DNA of 51,998 nucleotides, taken from assembly GCA_021817735.1 (NCBI GenBank), contig JAKAFX010000001.1:1-51998 (forward strand), read 5' to 3'. Positions within the stretch are counted from its first letter, which is position 1; every line of letters starts with the position of its first letter. The notes under the pieces are model-generated. The model was given only the letters and a program-made list of their open reading frames with translations, searched no databases and was not told where the DNA came from. This stretch comes from Thermoplasmata archaeon (GTDB lineage Archaea; Thermoplasmatota; Thermoplasmata; Thermoplasmatales; Thermoplasmataceae). Below are positions 19,390 through 28,919 of the stretch, piece by piece. The position numbers and the translations under genes are program-made.

Positions 19390-20535
19390 ATGATGCAGGC
19401 AGACACGGAAGTCCATAAGGGTCTAGAGGGAGTCATTGTTTCTGAATCATCTGTAGGTTTTGTAGACGGTCAGGCTGGAAGACTCGTTTACAGGGGTTTC
19501 AACATTGAGACACTGGCAGCCAGGTCAAATTATGAGGAAGTAGCTTACCTCCTTCTTTACGGTCATCTCCCGAACCAGAAGGAGTTTGAAAATTTCAAGG
19601 CGACTCTCAGAAGCACAATGGAACTTAACACTGACACAGTTGATCTTATCAAATCTATAGGCCATAAGGCCCATCCAATGTCTGTCCTAAGAACAGTTGT
19701 ATCATACATAGGGGCAAAGGATCCGAAGAGCAACAGCACAGACCTGAAGGATCAGGAGGAGATGTCACTGAGGATAATGTCCAAGTTCCCTGCCATAGTC
19801 GGAACCATTGCCAGGGCATCCAAGGGACTGAACCCAGTAAGGCCCGACCCGAAACTTGGATATGCCGCCAACTTCCTTTACTGCAGCACTGGAAGCAGGC
19901 CCGACGCAGAACAAGAGAAGATAATGGACACCTGCCTGATCCTCCATGCAGATCATGGGAGCAATGCCTCAACCTTCTCCGCGCTTGTTACCATTGCAAC
20001 CCTTGCCGATATGTACTCCGCGGTCACTTCTGCAATATCCACCCTTAAAGGACCACTTCACGGGGGCGCCAACGAGCTTGCACTCGAGACGATCAAGAAG
20101 GTTGGAAAACCAGAAAATGCAGAACAGGTCCTTTCGAAAATGCTTGCCAACAAGGAGAAGATAATGGGATTCGGCCACAGGGTGTACAAAGTTTATGATC
20201 CCAGAGCAAGGATACTCAAGGGTTTTGCAGAATCCGTTACGCATAAGAACGGTAAGGAGGTGCTGTTCCAGACAGCGGAACAGATGGAAAAGGTTATGAT
20301 CTCCAAACTCGGCGAGAAGGGAATTTTCCCAAACGTAGACTTCTACTCTGGAATGGTCTATGATTCCCTCGGCTTTGAAAGCAACATGTTCACTCCCATC
20401 TTTGCGCTTGCAAGGGTCGCAGGTTGGACTGCAAGGTCTCTGGAATATGTAAAGGACAACAAGCTGTTCAGACCAAAGGCAAAATATGTCGGGGAAATCG
20501 GACCAAAGGACTACATAGAGATCCAGAAGCGCTAA
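19390..20535 (+). CDS. gltA: Citrate synthase
   Basis: KGLEGV, LHADHGSNAST, GPLHGGANE, MGFGHRVYK, PNVDFYSG. Start trimmed to ATG 19390/19393 after a GGTGG RBS. Confidence 0.98.
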   Translation: MMQADTEVHKGLEGVIVSESSVGFVDGQAGRLVYRGFNIETLAARSNYEEVAYLLLYGHLPNQKEFENFKATLRSTMELNTDTVDLIKSIGHKAHPMSVLRTVVSYIGAKDPKSNSTDLKDQEEMSLRIMSKFPAIVGTIARASKGLNPVRPDPKLGYAANFLYCSTGSRPDAEQEKIMDTCLILHADHGSNASTFSALVTIATLADMYSAVTSAISTLKGPLHGGANELALETIKKVGKPENAEQVLSKMLANKEKIMGFGHRVYKVYDPRARILKGFAESVTHKNGKEVLFQTAEQMEKVMISKLGEKGIFPNVDFYSGMVYDSLGFESNMFTPIFALARVAGWTARSLEYVKDNKLFRPKAKYVGEIGPKDYIEIQKR

Positions 20536-20541
20536 ACCCTG

Positions 20542-22524
20542 ATGTACAGGTACGACAGGATAATCCGGAAGAACCATGGTCACTTCCATGATTCTTCTGC
20601 AATCTTATTTGGCAATGACAGCAGCGGGCTTCCGGTTGCACTCGGGGAACAGGATCTGTCAGGGCACCTCCTGGTACTGGGCAAGAGCGGCACAGGCAAG
20701 TCCAATCTCATATCCAACATAGTTTCTGAACTGCTTTCCAAAGGATCTGTTGTAGTGCTGGTCGACCCCCATGGAGACATGATGGAGAATCTTGTTACGA
20801 CTCACCAAGAGCATTCTCTTTATATCAGCCCGTTCAGTTCCAGTGATGGCAAGCACGTGGGGTTCAATGTCCTTGGAGACGTCAGGACCGAAATGGACGC
20901 GGAGATCGCAAGCCAGTGGATCAAGGAGATTTTTTCACTCTCGTCAGATCTATCAGGCAATACATGGGGGCCAAGAATTTCTCTCATACTCGGCTCGCTT
21001 GTGAAGGAATTCCTCTTCCAGAACCCTGGGTGTAATCTGTCGGATTTTTCACTGTTCATAACCAACAGGAATGAGGTAAGAAAGTTGATCAACTCTTCCA
21101 GCAACAGGGAACTGAGTGAATTCATTTCAATGCAGCAGAGCAACTGGAACCGTTGGGTGGAGTACGTATCAAGCAGCCTTAACAAGCTGATTCCTGTCCT
21201 GTCAAATTCATTGACCAGGTTGATGGTATCTTCCAGGCACGACACCGTGGATCTTGCTGAGCAGCTGAAGAGTCGCCCACGCCTAATTGCAATCGACTGT
21301 TCTAAAAGAAAGATGCCTGAAGAGACAGGAAGAGTCCTTTCACTCCTAATGCTGATGAAGATATGGAACATCCTGCTAAGGGGTGGAAACCCAGACAGTC
21401 CAGTTTACATTGTTATTGACGAAGCTCACAACGTGCCTTCAGTTATTATGGAGAGGATATTGAGTGAAGGAAGAAAGCTGGGCATCAGGATAATTCTTGC
21501 AACACAGTTCCTAGCCCAGTTGCACAGGAGTTTTCTCGAGTCCATCGAGGGGAATGTCAGGAATTTTGTCAGTTTCAACGTATCAGAGGAAGATGCTAGG
21601 CTGCTGGCGCGAGAAGTTCCGGACAGGAAATTGCAGGGCAGGCTGATGGAAGTGCTAATGGGACAGAGGTCACACAATGCAGTTATCTGGAACTACAACG
21701 CTTCGGGCTTTCATGGGCCAACTCATCTGCGCCCCAGTTTTAATCCACCTGAATATGACCGCGACTCCATTTCCCGTGCTATCGATACACTGACCAGGAA
21801 ACATGGGGAATTCGAGGAGAAGCCGGAGTTGGTCGAAGAGTCTGTTGGTCTTCATGAGAGAATTATTGACTCCGTACAGCGTTTTCTCTCACGCAATGGA
21901 ATAGAAATGCGAACCGGAGAAAGAATCTCCGGATCCATCCCGGATGCGATTTTTAACTATGGCGGCACGGAGTACATCGTCGAGGTTGAGGTTTCTGATC
22001 TGTCAAGGAGTTACAGGGTACTGGAAAAGATTGCAAAGTACTCAGGAAGAAAACTTCTGATGGTGGTCCCGGAAGACCATTCCCGTTCGATTTACAGCAC
22101 AATATTCAGTTCCATAAGCTTCCACAACACAAACGGCCTCGTTGCGGAAGCCGGCCCATCTGAGAGGGGATCTACTGTAAGATATTCAGACATGGGTGCG
22201 TTTTTCAGCAATATCTACGTGGTAGAGTCAAGAGGACAGAGGCTTTACCTGTCTCTCTTTGACAAACTTCTGCCTTTATCTGTAGCTGACCTTCTGAAGA
22301 CAGGCAGTCCTGAGAGGAGCATGGCGAGAACCGATACTGGAAAAGTGGCCATAGAGATCCTGAAAGAGATGGCATATGCCAGGGTATTTGCAATAGACAG
22401 GAGAGTTCACAGAAGACCAGAGCATGTATCTGAATCATCGTATTCCGAGCTCATGGGAAGGATCAATGGGGGATTTCTGACTCCCGGCAGCCTTTTTCTG
22501 GCTACCGCAGGGAGGGAATCCTAA
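20542..22524 (+). CDS. HerA/VirD4(TrwB)-like P-loop ATPase with a C-terminal putative PD-(D/E)xK-like domain
   Basis: HLLVLGKSGTGKS, VDPHGD, Walker B IVIDEAH, EGRKLGI..ILATQ. C-terminal IPDAIF...IVEVE. Confidence 0.85.
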   Translation: MYRYDRIIRKNHGHFHDSSAILFGNDSSGLPVALGEQDLSGHLLVLGKSGTGKSNLISNIVSELLSKGSVVVLVDPHGDMMENLVTTHQEHSLYISPFSSSDGKHVGFNVLGDVRTEMDAEIASQWIKEIFSLSSDLSGNTWGPRISLILGSLVKEFLFQNPGCNLSDFSLFITNRNEVRKLINSSSNRELSEFISMQQSNWNRWVEYVSSSLNKLIPVLSNSLTRLMVSSRHDTVDLAEQLKSRPRLIAIDCSKRKMPEETGRVLSLLMLMKIWNILLRGGNPDSPVYIVIDEAHNVPSVIMERILSEGRKLGIRIILATQFLAQLHRSFLESIEGNVRNFVSFNVSEEDARLLAREVPDRKLQGRLMEVLMGQRSHNAVIWNYNASGFHGPTHLRPSFNPPEYDRDSISRAIDTLTRKHGEFEEKPELVEESVGLHERIIDSVQRFLSRNGIEMRTGERISGSIPDAIFNYGGTEYIVEVEVSDLSRSYRVLEKIAKYSGRKLLMVVPEDHSRSIYSTIFSSISFHNTNGLVAEAGPSERGSTVRYSDMGAFFSNIYVVESRGQRLYLSLFDKLLPLSVADLLKTGSPERSMARTDTGKVAIEILKEMAYARVFAIDRRVHRRPEHVSESSYSELMGRINGGFLTPGSLFLATAGRES

Positions 22525-22612
22525 TTTCTGGCCCTTAGAGTGGAGAGATATACTATCATTTTATAGAACTTCCAATGAAAAGATTATTATCATCTTTGTT
22601 GTTTTACAATTC

Positions 22613-23314
22613 ATGGAAGCCAGGGTCGAAAACAATGGAGATTTCTATAAGGAAACATACCAATTCGTGAAGGATCATGCTGCGACAAACAATGATTTCA
22701 TAAACAGATTTGCACGGGGCGATATATCCGAAGAGGAATTCAGGCGCTTTTCTGTTGAGTTTTACCATTTTACAAGAGAGTGGCCCTCCATTCTATCAAT
22801 ACTGCTTGTAAATACTCCGGAAGAAGCCGACGCGGAGAACCTGACAACTATACTGGTTTCTGAGCTGGGTGATGCCGATCCCAAAAAGCGGCATGAGCTA
22901 CTGTACAGGAAGTATCTGAGGAGCCTTGGACTGGACCCAGCTGAGATCGTTAGGAAGAAGAAGCTCAGTTCGACTGCTGCCTGGTTGGACGGGATGAGGA
23001 ATTACTTCGCTTCGAACTATTTCGAAGCCCTTGGTGCTGAATTTGGGCTTGAGAACATGGCCATACCCATGTGGGACAAGATTCTTGCTGGATTCAAGGT
23101 ATGGGTTAACAAGCACCCAGAATACAAGAGCATTGACATAGAGTATTTTACCTTCCACAGGGAATTGGAGATTCACCATGAGGAGGCCATGGCCGATGTG
23201 CTTGGAGCTCACAGAGACGACCCCGTAGCAAGAAAGAACTTCAAGACAGGAGCTGACGGGATATTGAAGCTGGAAGAGAAATTCTGGCTTGGGCTTTCTG
23301 ATAGCAGGAATTGA
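22613..23314 (+). CDS. Heme-oxygenase-like diiron enzyme (CADD/PqqC/TenA fold)
   Basis: SELG...RHELLY, FGLE, YFTFHRELEIHH give an E/H/E/H/E/H ligand pattern in a 233 aa helical protein. Confidence 0.8.
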   Translation: MEARVENNGDFYKETYQFVKDHAATNNDFINRFARGDISEEEFRRFSVEFYHFTREWPSILSILLVNTPEEADAENLTTILVSELGDADPKKRHELLYRKYLRSLGLDPAEIVRKKKLSSTAAWLDGMRNYFASNYFEALGAEFGLENMAIPMWDKILAGFKVWVNKHPEYKSIDIEYFTFHRELEIHHEEAMADVLGAHRDDPVARKNFKTGADGILKLEEKFWLGLSDSRN

Positions 23315-24141
23315 ACTTCCGGCTTACGGAAAACACACCAGGCAAATATTATTACGGCACTGTCGATCCACTTGCCCTGGCAAGTGGGTCTATGAGCGAC
23401 GGCGTATCCATAATTTTGGCTGTAATCAACGAGGAGAACAATATACCTCTTCTTATCTCCAGGATAGATTCCCTTATTGTCACAGGCAAGATAACTAATC
23501 TCAAGGACATTGTCTTTTGCGACGGCGGAAGCAACGATAGAACTCTTGAGGTAATAGACAGCCTCATGAAAGAGAAAAGGCCCTACGCTGTGCGTCTTGA
23601 ACACCAGAATATCAAGCCTGGAACGGCACCGGCTAGCCTTGAAGCACTACATCTGGCCACAGGAAGGGACATTGTGATCATGGACGGGGACCTTCAACAT
23701 CCTCCTGAAGTTATTGCTGAACTTGTTGCAGAGAAGGCAAGGGGCTATGATCTGGTTGTTGCCTCCCGCAACACGGAAGGCGGGCAGATCGAACGAACCT
23801 TGATTCGTGCCATAATAAGCCGGGGTGCAGAGTACCTGGCAAGACATACGGTAGCCCAGGCGCGAAAGGTCAGAGATCCCATCTCCGGGTACTTTATCGT
23901 TGACCGGAGCTATCTTGAGAAGCTTGAGCCGAGATCCGGCCTCTATAAACTGCTCCTCTATGTGATGGCCGCAAATCCCAATCTAAGGATATCGGAAATC
24001 CCTTTTTCTTTTGGGATGAGGGTCCACGGGGTATCGAAGTTGACGCAAAGGTCTACTCACTTTCTCAGGAGATACCTGAAAGAACTAAATTTTTACAGGG
24101 AAATCCAGAAGAAATCGAAAAATCATTCTCGAGTCACGTAG
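23311..24141 (+). CDS. GT2 glycosyltransferase, polyprenol-phosphate mannosyltransferase-like
   Basis: DGGSNDRT, MDGDLQHPPE, DLVVASR, DPISGY, R..G.SKL. The true start may be ATG 23392. Confidence 0.92.
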   Translation: MNFRLTENTPGKYYYGTVDPLALASGSMSDGVSIILAVINEENNIPLLISRIDSLIVTGKITNLKDIVFCDGGSNDRTLEVIDSLMKEKRPYAVRLEHQNIKPGTAPASLEALHLATGRDIVIMDGDLQHPPEVIAELVAEKARGYDLVVASRNTEGGQIERTLIRAIISRGAEYLARHTVAQARKVRDPISGYFIVDRSYLEKLEPRSGLYKLLLYVMAANPNLRISEIPFSFGMRVHGVSKLTQRSTHFLRRYLKELNFYREIQKKSKNHSRVT

Positions 24142-24593
24142 ATGTTCCATACCAGCTTCATTGATATGAAGTAGTTAGGTACCAGTGCAGCAGCACTTCC
24201 GATAAAGTTACCAAGAATTGGGGTCAGACTGTAGAAGTGTAAAAGGAGATACTGGATCGATATGGACACTGCCGCTCCTATTATGTATACGAATTGAAAT
24301 TTCATAAGGTTTATGAAAATCCCCAGTGGGTCTCTCGGATGCCTCCCCTGATTTCTGGTAGACCAAATGTCATTGACAAAAAAACCAAAGCATACACTCA
24401 GGAAGTTTGCGATTATCTCCACTGGCAGGAAATAACTTATTCCAAGGCCAATAAGCCCTGCCGCGATTATAAACTCGGAAACAAGAAAGCCCCCTCCACC
24501 TGTTATTACGAACTTGATTGCCCTATTTCTGTTCAACCTGTAAAAGTTCTTGATCCTCCAGAACAGGGTTCTCTGACTTTCCATGGAATCCAA
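24123..24593 (-). CDS. GtrA-family membrane protein (putative lipid-linked sugar flippase)
   Basis: IKFVITGGGG..., four hydrophobic segments, NYFISMKLVW terminus. Confidence 0.85.
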   Translation of the reverse strand: MDSMESQRTLFWRIKNFYRLNRNRAIKFVITGGGGFLVSEFIIAAGLIGLGISYFLPVEIIANFLSVCFGFFVNDIWSTRNQGRHPRDPLGIFINLMKFQFVYIIGAAVSISIQYLLLHFYSLTPILGNFIGSAAALVPNYFISMKLVWNIYVTRE

Positions 24594-24599
24594 CCGGCT

Positions 24600-25634
24600 C
24601 TACTCTCTGTTTCTGGAGATCTTCCAGACCAAGTAATCGCTTGAAAAGTAATTAATGAAGAATCCGAACATTATTCCCACCAGGTTTGCGACCAGATAAT
24701 TGGGGATAAGGGCGTAATCGGTCAGGCCCACGGTTGCTGCGACGTTGACTGCGGAGCCAATACCGGTAAATATGTTGTACTTCAGCAACCTAGACACTAT
24801 AGAACCAGACCTTCTGTCGGAGAAAGTCCATGAGTTGTTTAGAGTGAAGTTCCAGACTATTGAAGCTTCAACTGCAATGACAGAAGCGACCGGAAGTATC
24901 AAAAGGTGCAGTCCAGAGAAGTAATATCTGAACATGTTGTCCAGCAGATAGAGGAATCCCTCGTTGATCCCAATGCCGGTAATCCCAACGAGAGCAAACT
25001 TAACAACACGGAACTTTGAAAGCGTAAGTACTGACCATAGATAACTAAGGTAAGATTGAGGCGAGCCCATTGGTGGGTTTTGGCGGGTCTTTCCTTCCAT
25101 CGGAATCTCTGCAATCTTTGCGGAGCGATTCTTTATAACGACTTCCGCAAGCATAGTGCTAACGCCAGTTCTCAGGACTATATTCTCGAGAATCTGCCTT
25201 CGAGCTATAAATACGTTTGACAGCGGGTCCTTTATGCCAGAAAGCTCGCGAACAAGGATTTTGGCTATGAGGGTCTTCAGGCCGGTTTTCCCCCTCCTAG
25301 AGCCAACAACAAGATCATAACCCTCCATGGCCTTGTCCACGAGGGTAGCAAGAAATTCACCGGAAACCTTCGCAGTAGAGTCAATGACCAGAACATAATC
25401 TCCCATGGATCTTTGCATTGCCTCATCGAAATTCTCAAGGAAATGGCCCGAATTTCTGATTCTAGATATCCTAAGTCTCTGGTTGAGAGAAAATTCGTCG
25501 ATCTCGAAGGGAGAACTGGGATCCTCGATGATAACTAACTCGGCATCTAACCCAAGTTCCTCAAGCCTCTCCCCTAGTCTGTTTACCTGAGTCATTTCAG
25601 ATTGAGGATGAATTTGTAATGTAACAAGAGTCAT
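24600..25634 (-). CDS. Degenerate GT2 domain fused to a GtrA domain
   Basis: N-terminal DPM1-like remnants (YDLVVGSR, DPLS, AEIP). C-terminal KFALVG...NFTLNNSWTF...NYFSSDYLVW. Confidence 0.85.
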   Translation of the reverse strand: MTLVTLQIHPQSEMTQVNRLGERLEELGLDAELVIIEDPSSPFEIDEFSLNQRLRISRIRNSGHFLENFDEAMQRSMGDYVLVIDSTAKVSGEFLATLVDKAMEGYDLVVGSRRGKTGLKTLIAKILVRELSGIKDPLSNVFIARRQILENIVLRTGVSTMLAEVVIKNRSAKIAEIPMEGKTRQNPPMGSPQSYLSYLWSVLTLSKFRVVKFALVGITGIGINEGFLYLLDNMFRYYFSGLHLLILPVASVIAVEASIVWNFTLNNSWTFSDRRSGSIVSRLLKYNIFTGIGSAVNVAATVGLTDYALIPNYLVANLVGIMFGFFINYFSSDYLVWKISRNRE

Positions 25635-25774
25635 GGAACTACACTCATTTAATGGCTACGCCAGGTTAAGGCTATGACGATGAAATATTTTAAATATGTT
25701 GTGACGGAACCCAAAGAAAAAATAAAACGAATATTGAAAAATTTTTCGAAAGAAAAAGTTGTGAGGAAAGGTCC

Positions 25775-27676
25775 TCACTTTTGTTTTGGTGGGAGCGCTT
25801 TTCTCCTATAGAAATATGTGACTCCAATTCCTGCCCCGACAATTACGATCGCTGCAATGCCTGCATCGATCGCAAAAGCACCACCGTTGTTGCCTGTAGT
25901 ACTGGGAGCGAAGTCAGTGGACACATTCTGGCTCTTCCCATTCACCGTAATGGTGACCGGGTTGAGGAATGAATACGTTCCATGGTTCAGAATATAGGCC
26001 TGGAACTGGTAGGTCCCATTGGGAAGATATATTGGGAATTCAAGGGGGGCGGGAACTGTAACCAGATCCATGCAGCAAGTTGCAGCAATAGAACTGCTGA
26101 ACGGTATTCCAAACGTCAAAGTCACTCCCCACTCCGTCCCGCTGGGAATTCCCTTAGACGAGAAGAACAGGGGATAGGACTTCTGTTGGATCAGATGAAG
26201 GCTGACAGAGGCGTTTCTATCGTTGATTGTGAAAGTGCCCGTAGTGTTCTCGAACCCGTATTGACCACAAACCATGACTGAATAGTTGTATATTCCTGGC
26301 ATAAGGTTGGCAAACGTGTACTGGGGATTATATGTGTTGTACGATCTCAACACGGTTGAATCATTCATGACCATTACCTGCCACGCCGGAATACTCACAG
26401 GTGGGTTAGCAATTGTAAAGTTCGCACTGTATGTCTTGGGTGCAGGTTGTATTGTCAATCCAAGTGTGATATTGGAACCGTCTATGGTAAATTCACCACG
26501 TGCCGGAGACAAAGTATAGCCATTGATGTGGTTATATATCTTATACTGGTATGTACCATTTTGCAAGCCTGTTACAACAGAATATATCTGCCCGCCACTA
26601 AGACTTGTTCCAACACAGACTCCATTCAACGTGTAAACGTCAGCTGAAAAATCCATCTGCGTGTTAGGGATTATTGTTGAAGACGGGTTGGTAATTGCAA
26701 ACCTGGCCCGGTAAGTGGATTGTGGAAGAGAGAAGGAAATGTTGAGCAAAAGCGAGGCTCCATGCACAGTGAAGGCCCCACTACTGGGACTGCCCACATA
26801 GTTGAACAGAGTTACCGTAATAAAACTGTATGTTCCGTTTACCAGATTGAAAGTAACATAATTGTCTCCCGGATAGCTCTCATTGTCCAGACTGAAACCA
26901 AGATTGTTTCCAACGCAAACAAAAAACCCCATTTTTGTCTGCAATCCGGTTTCGACAAACTTCACCTGGTAGGTTTTTCCCAGGGAGAACGTGAGATGCA
27001 CAGTGCCGTTTGAAGCGACCATTATGGTTCCGGATGCAGGGGATAGGGACGTTCCGTAAGGAGAGGTGATTGAGTAAGTATAGTTGCCCACGTATAGATT
27101 CTGAAACTCTATCGATGCCCCATTAGAAGAGAGGGTCTCGGGAGGATAGAAAATGTCTATGCCACTTAGCTGAACAGTCCAAGCCCACGATATACCATTC
27201 AATACACTGGGTAAATTAGTGACATTGAAATATTCATTGAAAAATGGTTTGGGTATAGAAACATTAGCGAAGGTAATTGGCACGTTAACATCATGCCCGT
27301 TCACAATGGCTGTTCCGCTGAATTGTTCGGCGACATATTGGTTTGTCTGGCTAATGGAAGCGTACACATTATTGAAATAATAACTTCCATTGCTCACCAG
27401 CAGAGATATCCTATCTCCAGTGGAATACACCGTAGATGGATAGTAGCCCGGGCTCGTCCCATACGACAATCGCCAATAAGTTCCAGCAGGAAGGCCTGTT
27501 TCTGTAAAATTGAGGTAGTACATGCCCACAATCTTTGGGGTGTACGTACTTCCAGAAATTTGCCCCTTTGCGACCCCCATGTCGGAGGTCCCGTACGAAC
27601 CAATCATCAAAGACGCTACTGCAATGGTCAGCACGACCAAAGCCAACGATCTTTTGTCTGAATTAGTCTTCGACAT
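25775..27676 (-). CDS. Membrane-anchored surface glycoprotein with thermopsin-type beta-sandwich repeats
   Basis: N-terminal signal peptide, about six ~90 aa repeats (FTETGLPAGTYW...NGTY..., SKGIPSGTEWGV), ~18 N-x-S/T sequons, C-terminal TM and basic tail. Confidence 0.88.
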   Translation of the reverse strand: MSKTNSDKRSLALVVLTIAVASLMIGSYGTSDMGVAKGQISGSTYTPKIVGMYYLNFTETGLPAGTYWRLSYGTSPGYYPSTVYSTGDRISLLVSNGSYYFNNVYASISQTNQYVAEQFSGTAIVNGHDVNVPITFANVSIPKPFFNEYFNVTNLPSVLNGISWAWTVQLSGIDIFYPPETLSSNGASIEFQNLYVGNYTYSITSPYGTSLSPASGTIMVASNGTVHLTFSLGKTYQVKFVETGLQTKMGFFVCVGNNLGFSLDNESYPGDNYVTFNLVNGTYSFITVTLFNYVGSPSSGAFTVHGASLLLNISFSLPQSTYRARFAITNPSSTIIPNTQMDFSADVYTLNGVCVGTSLSGGQIYSVVTGLQNGTYQYKIYNHINGYTLSPARGEFTIDGSNITLGLTIQPAPKTYSANFTIANPPVSIPAWQVMVMNDSTVLRSYNTYNPQYTFANLMPGIYNYSVMVCGQYGFENTTGTFTINDRNASVSLHLIQQKSYPLFFSSKGIPSGTEWGVTLTFGIPFSSSIAATCCMDLVTVPAPLEFPIYLPNGTYQFQAYILNHGTYSFLNPVTITVNGKSQNVSTDFAPSTTGNNGGAFAIDAGIAAIVIVGAGIGVTYFYRRKALPPKQK

Positions 27677-27804
27677 TAGTACGGCATGATCGTGATTATA
27701 TAATAATTTTTATTTAAAGACGTTGAACCTCAGAAGATTAGTCTAATTTACACATACTAAATAGTTTTATAACTAGATATTGTAAAATATCGCATATAAT
27801 GAAG

Positions 27805-27877
27805 GGCCGGGTCCGGGAATTGAACCCGGGTCCGGGGATCCACAGTCCCCAAGGATATCCACTACCCCACCCCGGCC
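27805..27877 (-). tRNA. tRNA-His (GTG) with genomically encoded G-1
   Basis: Minus strand G-GCCGGGG...GGGGA-CTGTGGA-TCCCC...CCGGGTTCAATTCCCGG-ACCCGGC-C, with C73 discriminator. Confidence 0.96.
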
Positions 27878-27932
27878 ATTTCCACGCTGAAATGTAATTT
27901 TGCTTAATATACTTCGTTTGGATGGTCTGTCA

Positions 27933-28544
27933 TCATTCAAACCTGACTGAAAACAACACACCTTCTACAGGGGCTCTTTCCCGGGTGTGATGCTTATAGA
28001 TCCGCGGTACATCCAGGGTAACCCTTACCATATGCTCGATTCTGCCAATTTTCTGGTAAAGTTTCTCCAGATAGTCAATCGACTTGAGATTATGAATTGC
28101 ATAGAGGTATTGTGCTGACTCTGCAGCCTTCATTATGAACTCTCTATCCAACCTGGAAGTTGAATCTCCCCATGGTGGATTCATCAGAACCGTGTCGAAC
28201 TTTTCCGTGATGGTGCCGATCTCTGCAAGCACAGCATCAACATTCATTCCTGCCGTGTTCGCCCTTGTCAGGTTAACCATGTCCGGATCGCTGTCATATG
28301 CAGTGACCCTGCTGGCTCCAAGCAGGATGGCACCTACTGCAAGAATTCCGTTTCCTGTTCCAAAATCCGCTACGCTCTTTCCGGAAATGTTGCCGTCTGT
28401 GAACGCCATATGGCACAACCTGGCTGCAATTCCCGGTGTCGTAGGGTACTGCCCCAATGAAAATTTGTAAGTCGAAGGAAATTTCAACTTCGACAATGTA
28501 ATTTCGATTTGCTTGAGCGATGGAGTTACAGTGTTCAAACTCAC
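27933..28544 (-). CDS. METTL5-like N6-adenine RNA methyltransferase
   Basis: L.QYPT, SAM motif DFGTGNG, NPPWG, HHTRE. Start set to GTG 28544, overlapping the upstream stop (GTGA). Confidence 0.88.
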   Translation of the reverse strand: MSLNTVTPSLKQIEITLSKLKFPSTYKFSLGQYPTTPGIAARLCHMAFTDGNISGKSVADFGTGNGILAVGAILLGASRVTAYDSDPDMVNLTRANTAGMNVDAVLAEIGTITEKFDTVLMNPPWGDSTSRLDREFIMKAAESAQYLYAIHNLKSIDYLEKLYQKIGRIEHMVRVTLDVPRIYKHHTRERAPVEGVLFSVRFE

Positions 28545-28852
28545 TGACTGGAGCCCATCGAAATCATAACTATTTCGCTGGCCAGTTTGTGTGCCCTGGC
28601 AGGGTTCTCTCCCCTTTCCTGCAGGAGCTTCTCTATCCTCTTGACTGCCCTGTATCTCTTCCATGTACCTTGTTCGTGAGCAGCAAGAACCACGTAGGAG
28701 GCTATCTCCCTGTCAACATTTATTCCAAATCTTTCCTTCAGCTTGATCTGCCACACTGGTATCAGGATATCAGGTATGGAACCGAGACTGGCGGACCTTC
28801 TCTTCTCGTATATAATCCTGTCAATCTGGTCCCGCCTCCTGGAGCTTGCCAT
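28541..28852 (-). CDS. Hypothetical basic protein
   Basis: 103 aa ATG ORF with TATA-like CTTTAAG ~25-30 nt upstream, translationally coupled to the methyltransferase. Confidence 0.75.
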   Translation of the reverse strand: MASSRRRDQIDRIIYEKRRSASLGSIPDILIPVWQIKLKERFGINVDREIASYVVLAAHEQGTWKRYRAVKRIEKLLQERGENPARAHKLASEIVMISMGSSQ

Positions 28853-28919
28853 TGATACACATTAGCAAATGCATGGACTTAAAGATTTTGCAGACTAGGA
28901 AAAAATGTATTTGGCGCGG

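Noticed and set aside
20542..22524. Conjugative element suggested by the VirD4-like ATPase
   Set aside because: No relaxase, VirB4 partner, pilin, integrase or att sites nearby, and the flanks are housekeeping genes.
22525..27804. Integrated element at the tRNA-His 3' end
   Set aside because: No duplicated tRNA 3' fragment and no integrase were found by eye.
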